Shown here: piece by piece, positions 24,613-38,164 of the stretch
How positions within the stretch are numbered: position 1 is the stretch's first letter
How the letters are laid out: each line of letters opens with the position of its first letter
Assembly (NCBI GenBank): GCA_038087875.1
Contig: CM075997.1
Location: 806,001-870,000, forward strand
DNA: 64,000 bases
Source: Malacoraja senta
Taxonomy: Eukaryota
Reading direction: 5' to 3'
The notes under the pieces: model-generated
What the model saw: only the letters and a program-made list of their open reading frames with translations
The model's database searches: none
What the model was told of the DNA's origin: nothing
Program-made: the position numbers and the translations under genes

Positions 24613-26433
24613 AGAATTTCATTGTCCTATCTGGGACACATGACAATAATCTCTCTTGACTTGACTTGATATCATCACCCTGCCATTATCACCTCAATGC
24701 TCTTTCTATCATGGGGTCTTGCTCTATTTTCTCACCTTATTTCTCACTTTGCCGGTGGTCAGTGTGACTCGAGGGGGGGGGGGGGCACGGTGGCGCAGCG
24801 GGCAGAGGGTGGTGAATCTGTGGAATTCATTGCCACAGACGGCTGTGGAGGCCAAGACAACGGATATGGTTAAGACAGAGATAAATAGATTCTTGATTAG
24901 TGCGGGTGTCAGGGAGAAGGCAGGAGAATGGGGTTAGGAGGGAGAGATAGATCAGCCATGATTCAATGGCGGAGTTGACTCAATTCTGCTCCTATCTCTT
25001 ATGAAGTTTGATTCTGACTGCGGGTGCTGTCTGTACAGAGTTTGTACGTTCTCCCCGTGACCTGCGTGGGATTTCTCCGGGTGCTCCCGTTTCCTCCCAC
25101 ACTCCAAAGACGTGCAGGTTTGTAGGTTCATCGGCTTGGTCAGGTTGTTAATTGTCTGTGTCCTAGTGTACGGGGATCGATGGTCGGCGCGGACTCGTTG
25201 GGCAGAAGGGCCTGTTTCTGCGCTGTATCTCGAAACTAAACTAGATGTTGCTAATCCGAGACCTCCACACACACAGTCGCTGCCTGACCTGCTGGATAAC
25301 TTGGTGTTTTAGACAAGACAATTGGTGCAGGAGTAGGCCATTCGGCCCTTCGAGCCAGCACCGCCATTCAATGTGATCATGGCTGATCATCCCCAATCAG
25401 TATCCCCGTTCCTGCCTTCTCCCCATATCCCCTGACTCTGCTATTTTTAAGAGCCCTATCTAGCTCTCTCTTGAAAGTATCCAGAGAACCTGCCTCCACC
25501 GAGGCAGAGAATTCCAGACTCACAACTCTCTGTGAGAAAAAGTGTTTCCTCGTCTCCGTTCTAAATGGCTTACTCCTTATTCTTAAAACTGTGGCCCCTG
25601 GTTCTGGACTCCCCCAACATCGGGAACATGTTTCCTGCCTCTAGCGTGTCCAAACCCTTACAAAAAAATTTGCTGGTGATAGTGGGGGTGAGGGTGGGTG
25701 GGGGGGGGGGGGAGGGGTAAGTATGGGGGAGATGGGTATCCCGGCCCTCCAGTGCTGCTGGGTGCGGGGTGGGGGGGGGGTCAAGGGAGGTGATATTGAG
25801 GGAGGGTTGGTGGTGATTGTGTACTGCACTGGGATGTCCTAAGTGGGTGAAGACTCTCAAACCACCAGCCTTCTCCTCCCTGCGCTCACTCTTCTCCTCT
25901 TGGGGTTAAACAAACACTTCCATTTAACCAAGGGCAACATTCTCCCCAGAGCCACAGTAAAGGATTCTGCAGAGTTACACAGCAAACTGAAGCCTCAGAC
26001 TTTACACTGATCATCGCCTGCCATCTGCTGCTCAAAGGCGGAATTGCAACCATTTAATAGACAACCTCTTTATTATAGGCACAAAATGCTGGAGTAACTC
26101 AGCAGGACAGGCAGCATCTCTGGAGAGAAGGAATGGGTGACATTTCGAGTCTGAAGGAGGGTCTCGACCTGAAATGTCACCCATTCCTTCTCTCCAGAGA
26201 TGCTGCCCGTCCCGCTGAGTTACTCCAGCATTTTGTGTCTAACTTCAGTGTAAACCAGCATCTGCTGTTCCGTCCAACACAGTTTAACTTCAGTTTAGTT
26301 CAGAGATACAGCGCGGAAACAGACCCTCCGTCCCACTGAGTCCCTGCTGACCAGCGATCACCCTGCACACTGGCACTATCCTACACACACTAGGGACAAT
26401 TTTACAATGATATCAAGCCAATTTGCCTACAAA

Positions 26434-26716
26434 CCTCATATTTCGCTTGTGTAGTTTACACCCCAGCGGTATGAACATTGACCTCCAATTTCAGGTAGTC
26501 CCTGCTTTCTCCCTCCTTCCCCTCCCCTTCCCAGCTCTCCCACAGCCCATTGTCTCCGCCTCTTCCTTTCTTCGTCCGCCCCCCCCCCCTGCCCCCGACA
26601 TCAGTCTGAAGAAGGGTCTCGACCCAAAACGTCACCTATTCCATCGCTCCATAGATGCTGCCTCACCCGCTGAGTTTCCCTTCGATTTTTCCAGCATCTG
26701 CAGTTCTTTCTTAAAC
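26434..26716 (+). mobile_element. Penelope-like element 3' fragment (GIY-YIG C-terminus plus terminal repeat)
   Basis: LIFRLCSLHPSGMNID resembles the C-terminal end of Penelope-like GIY-YIG endonucleases. It is followed by a pyrimidine tract and CTGAAGAAGGGTCTCGACCCAAAACGTC. Confidence 0.75.
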
Positions 26717-27860
26717 ACGTAGAAACGTAGAAAATAGCTGCAGGAGTAGGCCGTTCGGCCCTTCGAGCCACCATTCAATATGATCATGGCCGATCATCCA
26801 AAATCAGTACCACGTTCCTGCTTTCTCCCCATATCCCCTTGATTCCGTTAGCCCTAAAAGCTATATCCAAATCTTTCTTGGAAACATCCAGTGAATTGGC
26901 CTCCACTGCCCTCTGTGGCAGAGAATTCCACAGTGAAAGATTTTTCCTCATCTCAGTCCTAAATGGCCGACCCCTTATTCTTAAACTGTGACCCGTTTCT
27001 GGACTCCCCCAACATAGGGAGCATTTTTTCCTGCATCTAGCCTGTCCAATCCCTTAAGAATTTTATGTTTCCATAAGATCCCCTCTCATTCTTCTAAATT
27101 CCAGTGAGTACAAGCCCAGTCGACCCCTTCTTTCACGTCAGTCCCGCCATCCCAGGAATTAATTATCCTGGTGAACCTAAGCTGCACTCCCTCAATAGCA
27201 AGAATACACACTGAGCTAGCACAGTGTATTTCAGTTTAGTTTATTGTCACGTGTAACGAGGTACAGTGAAAAGCTTTTGTTGCGTGCTAACCAGTCAGCG
27301 GAAAGACGATACATGATTACAATCCAGCCATCCACACTGTACAGATACAGGATCTTTTCGGACATTGCTGGCTTTACCTTGCACTAAACGTTATTCCTTA
27401 TCACTTATCTATCCACTGTAAAAGGCTCGACTGTAATCATGTATTGTCTTTCCGCTGACTGGATAGCACACAACAAAAGCTTTTCACTGTACCTCGGTAC
27501 ACGTGACAATAAACTGAACTGAGTTCTCCCGGCACTTTAGTGCTTAGCTCAAGATTCCAGCATCTGCAGTTCCTTGTATCCCTATTCTCACAGGCAATGA
27601 GGAATACACGATAAATACTGGTCTCGTCATCAAAGTCTACAAGCTGGATATGAATTTATAGGTGATGTGGACGGCAGAGGTGGGTTCAACTGAATAGGAG
27701 TCTGAAGAAGGGTCTCGACACGAATCATCACCCATTCCTTTTCTCCAGAGATGCTGCCTGTCCCGCTGAGTTACTCCAGCATTTTGTACCCGCCAGGAGT
27801 TTTTTTTTAAACTGTGAGTCGAGAGCGTAAAAAATGACAGGTTGCAAGTTTATGAAAGAC

Positions 27861-27866
27861 TTTATT
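27861..27866 (-). terminator. Candidate SIPA1L3 polyadenylation signal
   Basis: TTTATT on + (AATAAA on -) at the end of an AT-rich unique block. Further copies at 28176 and 28278. Confidence 0.55.
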
Positions 27867-28467
27867 CAATTTACCAGGTACATGCCAAAAGAGCAAAGTA
27901 AAAGATGATTTATCCGTGAAAAAGCTGAATCAAAACAATGACAAATTAAATACAAATCTCATTTGAAAGCATGGTGTCTGTATAAAATATGAAAATCACA
28001 GATAAATTACACATTATTCCATGAGAAACCATGTCCCCAAATCAGTGTCACATCAACAATTCTACAGACATAAATGTACATGGGAAATGTACACCACACA
28101 TACACAATAAAATTTAAAACATTTTTCACTTTTTGTACAGAAATTTTACAAAGAAAGTTGAAATTCCAAGTAAACTTTATTTCTAAGACATTGATGGTTG
28201 CATCTGTTACACTTGGAATCGTATCCGTACAGCATGAAGTTTAAGTCGTTGTATAAATGTCCTATAAAACCCTGTCCTTTATTGTAACCCAGTTTATGCA
28301 TCAAGCAGAGCGTGCATCATCCAGCATGCTGCTGCCAGCCTGCAGAGGGGCTGAATTACTGCCGTGGGAACGGCAGCCAGAGGCCACGGCGTTTCTGGTT
28401 CAGAGTGTACAGCAAAATCACCCGCAGTACATGGGTTTCCACAGGCCCGAGCTGCAAGTCAAGGTAT

Positions 28468-28760
28468 GCACACGCACACACACACACGCACGCACACACG
28501 CAGGTACACACTTGCACCGTTATACATGCATTCACACAGGCAGGCATGCAAGGACACATATAGACATTCAGACACATTACACACGTGGACACACAAAGAC
28601 AGGTATGTTCACACACACGCAGGTACACACACATACACGCAGGTATGCACACGCACACGCAGGTATGCACACGCACACGCAGGTATGCACACGTACATAC
28701 ACACACATACACGCAGGCTCATACGCACACACACATGCACACAGAGAAACATACACATTA
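28468..28760. repeat. (CA)-rich degenerate microsatellite
   Basis: Direct reading. Confidence 0.9.
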
Positions 28761-30563
28761 TGCTGCCTGACCGGCTGAGTTACTCCAGCATTTTGTGTCT
28801 ATCTTCTGTCTATAACCAGCATCTGCAGTTCCTTCCTGCTCATCTCCACCAAGGGGTCAACATGTTCACTCTTAGCTACAGCACGGGACAACACTGCTTC
28901 ATACAAGTGTCGGCCACGTACACACACACACGCACGCAGGCGCATATGTACACACAGGCGCACATACACATACACACACACACACACCGTGTGCAGGAAG
29001 GAACTGCAGGCGCTGGTTTAAATCAAAGGTAGACACAAAACGCTGGAGTAACTCAGCGGGACAGGCAGCATCTGTGGAGAGAAGGAATGGCTGGCGTTTC
29101 GGGTCGAGACCCACACCAGTCCTCGCTGCAAGGCCAATGGAATGAGATACCACTGCACTTTGAAAGCCAGGAATATTTGGGCTCAGAATGACTCTGAGAA
29201 GCGCACAGTTGGCGGCGTGAGGAGTGGACATGGCGACAGTGACCGTGCAGACACAAGGAACTGCAGATTCCGGTTTACCAAAAAAAAACCAAAGTGCTGG
29301 GGTAACTCAGCGGGTCAGGCAGCATCTCAGGGGAACACGATGAACAGCCAATCGCTTTTTATAGGCACAAAATGTCTTTTCAAGTAGCCCTTGGTTTCCC
29401 TCTCTCTCTCTCTCTCTCCCTCTCTCCCCATCCTAGTTCGACTAGTTTCATTGACCTTCTGATTAAATATTACCGCCTCGTTGTCACCTTCCCCACGGCT
29501 AATGATGAACCATTCTACATTTCCTTGACCACTGTTTTCACACCTTACCCTTCCATAATCCCCGTCTCCCCTCTCCCCTGACTGTCAGTCTGAAGAAGGG
29601 TCGTGACCCAAAACGTCACCCATCCCTTCTCTCCAGAGATGCTGCCTGTCCCAGACTGATTCCTGGGATGGCAGGACTTTCATATGAAGAAAGACTGGAT
29701 AGACTCGGCTTGTACTCGCCAGAATTTAGAAGATTGAGGGGGGATCTTATAGAAACTTACAAGATTCTTAAGGGGTTGGACAGGCTAGATGCAGGAAGAT
29801 TGTTCCCGATGTTGGGGAAGTCCAGAACACGGGGTCACAGTTTAAGGATAAAGGGGAAATCTTTTAGGACCGAGATGAGAAAAACATTTTTCACACAGAG
29901 AGTGGTGAGTCTGTGGAATTCTCTGCCACAGAAGGTAGTTGAGGCCAGTTCGTTGGCTATATTTAAGAGGGAGTTAGATGTGGCCCTTGTGGCTAAAGGG
30001 ATCAGGGGGTATGGAGAGAAGGCAGGTACAGGATACTGAGTTGGATGATCAGCCATGATCATATTGAATGGCGGTGCAGGCTCGAAGGGCCGAATGGCCT
30101 ACTCCTGCACCTATTTTCTATGTCCCACTGAGTTACTCCAGCATTTTGTGTCCATCTTCGATATAAACCAGCATCTGCAGTTCCTTCTTACACATAATCA
30201 CTTTTTTAATGCCTGTTCTGCCTCCACAAGGATAATTGAACAAACTGCTTACAGGACAACCTACAGATTCTGCATTGATCTGGCCACCTAGCTCTCTACT
30301 GAAACAGCTGCCCCGAGAGACTCACAATGGTCAGTAGTCACTAGTTCAACTCAACAATTCCAATTGCAATTTTTAAGATTTCAAAGTTAAAAAAAACCTA
30401 AAACAATTTATACAAATATTGTGTATACAAAAAAGCATGTACATTTATCAATTTTAAATTTCCTGAGCCATCCCGAATGGAACTTTTCTAGAAAATAATT
30501 TAGTCTGCATGAGAAAGTGCTTTTCATTACTTCCTATAGTATCGTTAGACCGCGGTAACCTTA

Positions 30564-30905
30564 AGGGCCTGTCCCACTTACGTGATTTTTTTTTTCCGGC
30601 GACATGGTCCGTCATGGTCGCAGCAGGTGGCCGGAAATTTAAAAAATGTTGAAAATCCAGCGGGGACCAGAAAAAGGTACGACTCTTTGGGTGACTACTC
30701 ACGACCATACAGGAGACACGTGTCGACATGTCGCGGGGGTGGCGCCTGTATGGTCGTGAGTAGTCGCCCAAAGAGTCGTACCTTTTTCTGGTCCCCGCTG
30801 GATTTTCAACATGTTGAGAATTTTCGGCCACCTGCCATCTAGCGACTATGACGGGTGCCGGCAAGTCGCCGAAATAAATCGCGTGTGATTTTCGCGTAAG
30901 ACCCT
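30564..30905. mobile_element. Palindromic MITE (Harbinger-like) in the putative SIPA1L3 3' UTR
   Basis: Starts AGGGCCTGTCCCACTTA; long internal inverted repeat centred near 30728. Confidence 0.65.
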
Positions 30906-33030
30906 TTTAGTGTCTTAGTCTGAAATATTATCTCAGAAAGAAAGATTTTCAATTAAAATTTTTCAAATAAAATTAAATAGCTTACTGAAATATATCAACA
31001 GTGTGGCAGACTGTACAAAGGAAAAAGGTCTTAATGTCACAACTGGATTGTATAAGATCGAACGAGGGTGGAGTTAAACGGATGGCTGAGTGGTGTTTAA
31101 CAGGGACTCCGCCATCATTGATCCAATCTCATGTTCCCTCAATGCTGGCGTTAGCTGGACAGTGAAGGCCGTCTCTCAACATTGTCCTCCGCTGACCACT
31201 TGCCCTGGGCTCTCCAAACTTTTAGTTTTAGTTTAGAGATACAGCGCGGGAAACAGGCCCTTCGGCCCACCGAGTCGACGCCGACCAGCGATCCCCGCAC
31301 ACTGACGTTATCCTGAAACATCACACACACTAGGGACAATTTAGTATTTTTACCGAGGCCAATTAGCCGACAAACCTGCACGTCTTTGGAGTGCGGGAGG
31401 AAACCGGAGCACCCGGAGAAAACCCCCGCTGGTCACGGGGAGAACGTACAAAGTCTGGACAGACAGCACCCGTAGTCAGGATCGAAGCTGGGTCTCTGGC
31501 CCAGGTTTGCATCACAATGCTTCATCTACAAGGAGGGAAGGAGTGGAGGGGTAGAGGGTTTGTTGGGCAGTAATGGGGAATGGGAGAGTCTGCTATCTAG
31601 AGAATGACCTTATTCTGCACGGTGACCCCCCGACCTGCTGATCAAACCCAGAACACTCCAGTCCAGGTCCACTCTCTGCTCTCTTCCCAAGCACGTCATT
31701 AAGAACTAAAAGGACACAAACTTTGCTTGCTCCTTTAGATCAGTTTAGAGATGCAGCACGGAAACAGGCCCTTCGGCCCACATTTGATCACCTGTTCGCA
31801 CTGGGTCCATGTTATCCCACTTTCTCACCCCCTCCCCACAAACTAGGGGCAATTTACAGAGGGCCGATTGACCTACGAACCCGCACGCCTTTGGGACGTG
31901 GCAGGAATCCGGAGAACCCCTACGAAACCCATGCAGTCACAGGGAGAACGTGCAAACTCCACACAGAAAGCATTCGAGGTCAGGGTCGAAACTGTGCGCC
32001 ACGCTTCTTGAATGTCATATTAAAACTGCCTCATGTTTAAGTTCTGGACAGGAGGTAGTTGAGGCAGGTACTTACACAATATTTAAGAGACATTTGGACA
32101 GGTAGATGGGCAGGGCAGGTTTAGAGGGATATGGGCCAAACGCAGGCAGGTGGAACTAGTGTAGATGGGACATTTTGGACGGCATGGGCAGGTTGGGCTG
32201 AAGGGCCTGTTTCCATGCTGTGTCACTCTATGAGGAGGCAATATAATAGTTTATGGCTGTACGGATAGAAGGCCCTGTGGCTGGAGTATAATTCTGGTTT
32301 GTGACCAGCTAGATGCAAGCAATGCCTACTTCAGCACACCAGAACGGCTACCGTTAAGATGGGGAACCTGAATCGTAATTCCTGCCCAGAGACTTTTTCC
32401 ACACAAAGGTTGGTGGGTGTATGGAACGAGCTGCCAGAGGAGGTAGTTGAGGCAGGTAGTATCGCAACATTTAAGTTTAAGAAACATTCGGACAGGTACA
32501 TGGGTTTAGAGGGATATGGGCCAAACGCAGGCAGGTGGGACTAGTGTAGATGGGACATGTTGGCCGCTGTGGGCAGGTTGGGCCTGTTTTCACGCTGTAT
32601 CACTCTGTGACTAAGGTATTGTGTAGAAATATGAAGCAGATTTTAGCTTGTTGCTTGTGTGATCCAGACAGCCTTTAGGGTGCAGCAGAGGGCTGGCAGG
32701 GGAGAGACGGGGCACAGGGCATCGCGCTGGTTTACTGACAGACGGAGGGAGATGGTGAAACACTCGCTCAGGCTGGGTTGGTGCTGGTGTTAACGGAGGC
32801 AGGGCAGTGAATCCCGCAGGGCAGGGCAGTGGGCGCCCGGTTACCCCCAGCATAAGGGGGGTACCCCGCACCCACACGTCTCCAACCCACGCCCCGCACT
32901 CTACCACCCCCGGCTGGCCGTGACAGCTCTGCGGCTTCCGGAACATTCCAGGATGGGTTGTCGCTCCGTAAAGTCTCTAGCAGGCTGAGGCTCGGCCAGG
33001 GCAGAGGGCAGAGGGCAGAGGGCAGAGGCG

Positions 33031-33174
33031 TCACTTCTTCTCCATCGAGCTGGAAAATATCTCAGCAAATCTCCGCAGCTGCTCGGTGGCCGAGAGCGAC
33101 TCCTCCTGGAGGCGCATGTTATTGACACGCAGGTTGGCAACCTCTGCCTGCAGCACAAACTTATCCTCCTTCTC
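33031..33174 (-). CDS. SIPA1L3: SIPA1L3 terminal coding exon (coiled coil)
   Basis: ctccag|GAG acceptor, 144 nt. EKEDKFVLQAEVANLRVNNMRLQEESLSATEQLRRFAEIFSSSMEKK-TGA resembles the SIPA1L3 C-terminus. Confidence 0.95.
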   Translation of the reverse strand, partial: EKEDKFVLQAEVANLRVNNMRLQEESLSATEQLRRFAEIFSSSMEKK

Positions 33175-33444
33175 CTGGAGGGAGAGAGAGAGAGAGAGAG
33201 AGGGGGAGAGAATTGAATTGAATTGAATATATTTTATTAGCCAAGTATGTATCCACACAAGGAATCTGCCTTGGTGCTTAACAATATTTAAAGGACATTT
33301 GAATGGATGCAGGGATATGGGACAAACGGACGTAAATGGGATTAGTGTAGATGGGGCATCTAGGTCGGTATGAACGTGTTGGGCCGAAGGGCCTGTTTCC
33401 TTGCTGTATGACTCTACAGGTTGGTCATCATCCATGTTATTGTC

Positions 33445-34190
33445 CACCAGGGGCGCCGGGGAGTTGGCTGCCCTGCCGGCAGTCTGTTAGTTTTTTCACT
33501 CTTTTTGTTATTTTTTAGTTTGTTAAAAGTATTTGTTTTAATGTTCTTTGGTTTGTTTTATGTGGGGGGGAGGAGGGAGGGGGGGGGGGGGGAACCTTTT
33601 TTCAAGCTCCTACCTTCCCGGAGATGTGATCCATTTTTCGGATCACATTCTCCGGGTTCTGCGGCCTACCATCGCTGGAGCCTCCTCGGACTGTCGTGAG
33701 CCCCACCGCGGGGCGCGGACTTAACATCGGAGCTGATCCCTTGCCTGGGATTGCTCCCACCGCGGAACCAACACCAAGGGCTCGCAGTCTCGGGTGAGGC
33801 CGAGTCGGGAGCTCCAACGTGGCGGAAGGTTCGACCAGCCCCGACGCGAGGTTCGATTGCCCGGTGCGGGGGAGCTGACAACCCCCCCGATGCAGGAGCT
33901 GATCGCCTCGACGCGGAGGGCCGGAACGCCGCTGGCTACGGGAGTCAAGATCATCCCGTTAACGGGGGCTCGAGGCCCGCGACCGAGGAAGAACAAAGGA
34001 AGAGACTTGAACTTTATTTCGCCTTCCACCACAGTGAGGAATGTGTAGGAGTCCCTGTGGTGGATGTTCATGTTACAATGTGTGTTTTTGAGTGATCTGT
34101 TGCTTTTAATTGTACGACTGACCTGGCCAGTGAGATTCCTCGTATGTTGCAAAACATAGTTGGCCAATAAAGTGTGATTCTGATTCTGAC
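33445..34190 (+). mobile_element. Unclassified retroelement-like insertion in the last SIPA1L3 intron
   Basis: CpG-rich body ending in AATAAA and a (TGATTC)n tail. Confidence 0.5.
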
Positions 34191-34264
34191 GTTTGTCTAG
34201 ATACTCCTCAGGGATGGGTCTTGCTGGTGACACAATGTCCCAAGAAGGAACTTATGCCTCTTAC

Positions 34265-34346
34265 CTTCAGCAGGTCATCCTGTAGCTGCTTCAGTTGGAC
34301 CTCGAGCTGGTAGACTTTCCCTGTCAGTGCTAATGCTGGCTCGTTG
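34265..34346 (-). CDS. SIPA1L3: SIPA1L3 exon (coiled coil)
   Basis: ttgcag|C ... AAG|gtaag, 82 nt. NEPALALTGKVYQLEVQLKQLQDDLLK; phases match both neighbours. Confidence 0.94.
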
Positions 34347-35809
34347 CTGCAACAGAAACCGCATTAATTACACTCTGCCCATGCATCCTGGGTCTCACAG
34401 CGGCAGGTAGGGTCACTACATTCAACAGGTAAATGGGCAGGACAAATGGAGATGTGCTGGCTCTGGAGAGGGTCCACAGATGGTTTACAAGAATGATCCC
34501 AGGAATGAGTAGGTTAACATAGGATGAGTGTTGGGACTCTTCTCCAGAGTCCGCAGAAGCTGTTTATCCCTTCAGACGCAAGTGGCTCAGTTGAAATCAG
34601 TCTCCCATCATAGTCTGAAGAAGAGTCCCGACCCGAAGCTTCACCTGTCCATTGCCTCCACAGATGCTGCCGGACCCGCTGAGATACTCCAGCACTTTGT
34701 GTTTTACTCAAAATTCCAGCATCTGCAGTTCCTACGGAGAACTTGCTTGGTCTTTGCTGGTAGTTATGGGGTAGGCTCATAGAGGCTGAGGAAGGATCCC
34801 GACTCGAAACTTTAGCGGATGCTGCCTGACCTGCTGAGTTCCGCCAGCATTTGTGTGCTTTACTCAAGATATTGGTGGAGATGATGAGAAACTGATAGCA
34901 GGACTGAAGAAGTGGTGGAAATGTAAGCGGCTGTGACTATACCGAGTAGATAGTAGAGAGAAATACCGTAATCACGATACAACCTGATGTAACGAAAGGG
35001 AACAAACAGTCGGGAGTAACTCAGCGGGACAGGCACCATCTCTGGAGAGAAGGAATGGGTGACGTTTCGGGTGACGAATGGGTGAAGTACAATGGGATCT
35101 GGGGGGTCCTTGTTCATCATCAGTCTATGAAAGTAAGCATGCAGGTACAGCAGCCAGTGAAGAAAGCGAATGGCATGTTGGCCTTTATAACAAGAGGAGT
35201 CGAGTATAGAAGCAAAGAGGTCCTTCTGCAGTTGTACAGGGCCCTAGTGGAGTATTGTGTGCAGTTTTGGTCCCCTTAATTTGAGGAAGGACATTCTTGC
35301 TATTGAGGGAGTGCAGCGAAGGTTTACAAGGTTAATTCCCGGGATGGCGGGACTGTCTTATGCTGAGAGAATGGAGTAGCTGGGCTTGTACACTCTGGAG
35401 TTTAGAAGGATGAGAGGGTATCTTATTGAAACATATAAGATTGTTAAGGGTTTGGACACGCTAGAGGCAGGAAACATGTTCCCGATGTTGGGGGAGTCCA
35501 GAACCAGGGGTCACAGTTTAAGAATAAGGAGTAAGCCATTTAGAACGGAGACGAGGAAACACTTTTTCACACAGAGTTGTGAGTGTGTGGAATTCTCTGC
35601 CTCAGAGGGCAGTGGAGGCCGGTTCTCTGGATACTATCAAGAGAGAGCTTAAAAATAGCGGAGTCAGGGGATATGGGGAGAAGGCAGGAACGGGATACTG
35701 ATTGGGGATGATCAGCCATGATCACATTGAATGGTGGTGCTGGCTCAAAGGGCCGAATGGCCTACTCCTGCACCTATTGTCTATTGTCATAAGAGAGGCG
35801 GTCGGTCAC

Positions 35810-35930
35810 CTTAAGACGTGGGTGGCCCTGGGGGAGCTCTGCCGCTCCAGGACGATGTGGCCATGCGATGGGCTGAACGACGGCCCGACCTCGGGATCAT
35901 TTAATGAGAAAAGAGAAACCGCTCTCTGGA
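35810..35930 (-). CDS. SIPA1L3: SIPA1L3 exon
   Basis: ttctag|TC ... AG|gtgacc, 121 nt. (V)QRAVSLFSLNDPEVGPSFSPSHGHIVLERQSSPRATHVL(S). Confidence 0.92.
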
Positions 35931-37129
35931 CTAGAAAAACAAAACACAAACAGAACTGAATAAGCATCGGCAAGTCACGTTTTGGAGAATCCTCCTGTGC
36001 TGCTTGCCCAACCATCAAGCCTCACAGCGCCAGCTTGGAGCAACAAAGATAGACACAAAGTGCTGGAGTAACTCAGCGGGACAGGCAGCATCTCTGGAGA
36101 GAAGGAATGGGTGACGTTTCGGGTGGGGACCCTTCATCAGGCATCGACTGTTCCCACTTGTTATAGTACCTGCTCTAACTGCCTTCTCTGGCAGCTCGTT
36201 CTATATTCCCACCACCCTCTGTGAGAAAAGTTGCCCCTCAGGTGCCTATTAAATCTTTACCCTTTTCAACTTAAACCCCAATCTTCTGGTTTACTTTAGA
36301 TTTTAGATTTTAGTGATACAGCACGGAAACAGGCCCTTCGGCCCACCTAGCCCATGCCGACCAGCGATCACCCCGTACACTAGCACCATCCTGCACACTA
36401 GGGACAATTTACAATATTACAGAAGCCAATTAACCTACAAATCTGTACGTCTTTGGTGTGTGGGAGGAAACCAGAGCACCCGGAGAAAACCCACGTGGTC
36501 ATTGGGAGAACGTGCCGACTACGTACAGACAGCACCCGTGGTCAGGATCGAACCCGGGTCTCTAGCGCTGTAAGGCAGCGGCTCTACCGCCAGATCCCTC
36601 AGCCTCCAGCGCTCCAAGGAATAAATCCCTCGTTAATGTGTTTTAAATGAACTAAGTCTTTAACGTAACACTTATCCCAACACTGATGATAATCCATTAC
36701 TGGGGAAAATCAAAGTCTTGTCCTGTAATTTGCTGTGTTTTCTGAAAGTTCTGCAGCATCTTTGCTGAAAGCCATTGTTCCACTGTCAATGACTGTGGGC
36801 AGGCCCCAACCCTTTCACGAAGGCCCAGGCATCAGGTTACTGCTTCTCTCAACGTTTTCCATCATTGTTTGTCTCGGTGTGGCTGAAAACCTACCCTGCT
36901 GTACAACTGATACCCCGTGACCAGCCCCGATAAACAATGCCCAGCCCCACCTCAGTGCCAACCCAAGTTGGTTTACCGATGACAGCCTGCCATGGGATAA
37001 TCCACACTTTGTTTCAAACCGCCCCGAGTCCCAGGGCATCGGGTTCGGAGAGACTCACGTGACACAACCTGGGCTGCATTGTGTCTACTTTCTCACACTC
37101 GGTTCACGCTTTGTTTTCCTAGAGATTTC

Positions 37130-37130
<1 letters not shown>

Positions 37131-37165
<35 letters not shown>

Positions 37166-37274
37166 TGTGTGTGTCTGAGTGTGAGAGTGCGTGAGTGTGT
37201 TTGTGTGCGTGTGTGTGCGTGTGCGAGTGCGTGTGTGTCTGTGAGAGTGTGTGTGTGTGTGTGTGTGAGAGTGC

Positions 37275-37308
<34 letters not shown>

Positions 37309-37432
37309 ATGTGTCAGTGTGTGAGTGTGTGTGTGTGTGTGTGCGTGTATATGTGAGTATGCGTGTGTATGTGCGTGTCCGTGTGTATGTGTGTGTCTAT
37401 GTGTGTGCATGTCGGCGTGTATGTGTGTATAG

Positions 37433-37476
<44 letters not shown>

Positions 37477-37593
37477 CAGTGTGTGTGTGTGTGTGCTTGT
37501 ATATGTGAGTATGCATGTGTATGTGCGTGTCCGTGTGTATGCGTGTGACCATGTGTGTGTGCATGTCGGCGTCTATGTGTGTGTAGGTATTTG

Positions 37594-37629
<36 letters not shown>

Positions 37630-37673
37630 GGTGTGTGCGTGTGTGTATGGGTGTGTGCGTGTGTGTGTATGTG
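37131..37673. repeat. (GT)-rich degenerate microsatellite
   Basis: Direct reading. Confidence 0.95.
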
Positions 37674-38017
37674 GACAAATATATCAGGGATGAGTTGTGG
37701 CGAGAGCTAGCAAGGTTTGAATGTTATGGGCGGGAGTGGCATTTGCTGGTGGTTTGGAAGAGCTGAGGTATTTGAATCAAGCCAGATGCTGCTGCAGCTG
37801 CTGGGGTGAGCTGGGATCCACACACGGGCACCGGTAGAACAGCCACTTACAATCTGGCAGCTGGTGCGTCCACATTGGAATTGATCAATCTTTACACATT
37901 AAGGCAATGTGATGTTTCGGGTCAGAAGGGCTCGAAGTTACTCCAGCATTTTGTGTCTATCGTGAATTACCGTTTGTTTTTCCTCGAGGAGGAATTCCGT
38001 TTCAGAGCGTGTCTTAC

Positions 38018-38164
38018 CCTCGTAGGCTTTGGCAACGTTGACAAGGCTGGACCATTCCAGCTCCGACTCGGGGTCGGGCAGAGGCATGAGTCCTGGATCA
38101 TTACGGCGCACCGGTATGCGGTCTCGCAGGTCAGTCAGCGAGAGCTCGGAGGCAGATATGTTAG
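38018..38164 (-). CDS. SIPA1L3: SIPA1L3 exon (SPAR C-terminal region)
   Basis: cacag|CT ... G|gtaaga, 147 nt. NISASELSLTDLRDRIPVRRNDPGLMPLPDPESELEWSSLVNVAKAYE. Confidence 0.95.

Larger units (their letters stand above)
27840..33030 (-). other. SIPA1L3: Putative SIPA1L3 3' UTR of about 5 kb, interrupted by repeats
   Basis: Lies between the stop codon and the AATAAA cluster; AT-rich unique blocks at 27860-28300 and 30350-31050. Confidence 0.5.

Noticed and set aside
33721..34233. 170-aa ORF in the last SIPA1L3 intron
   Set aside because: Lies within a GC-rich repeat insertion; the flanking exons already join in phase.
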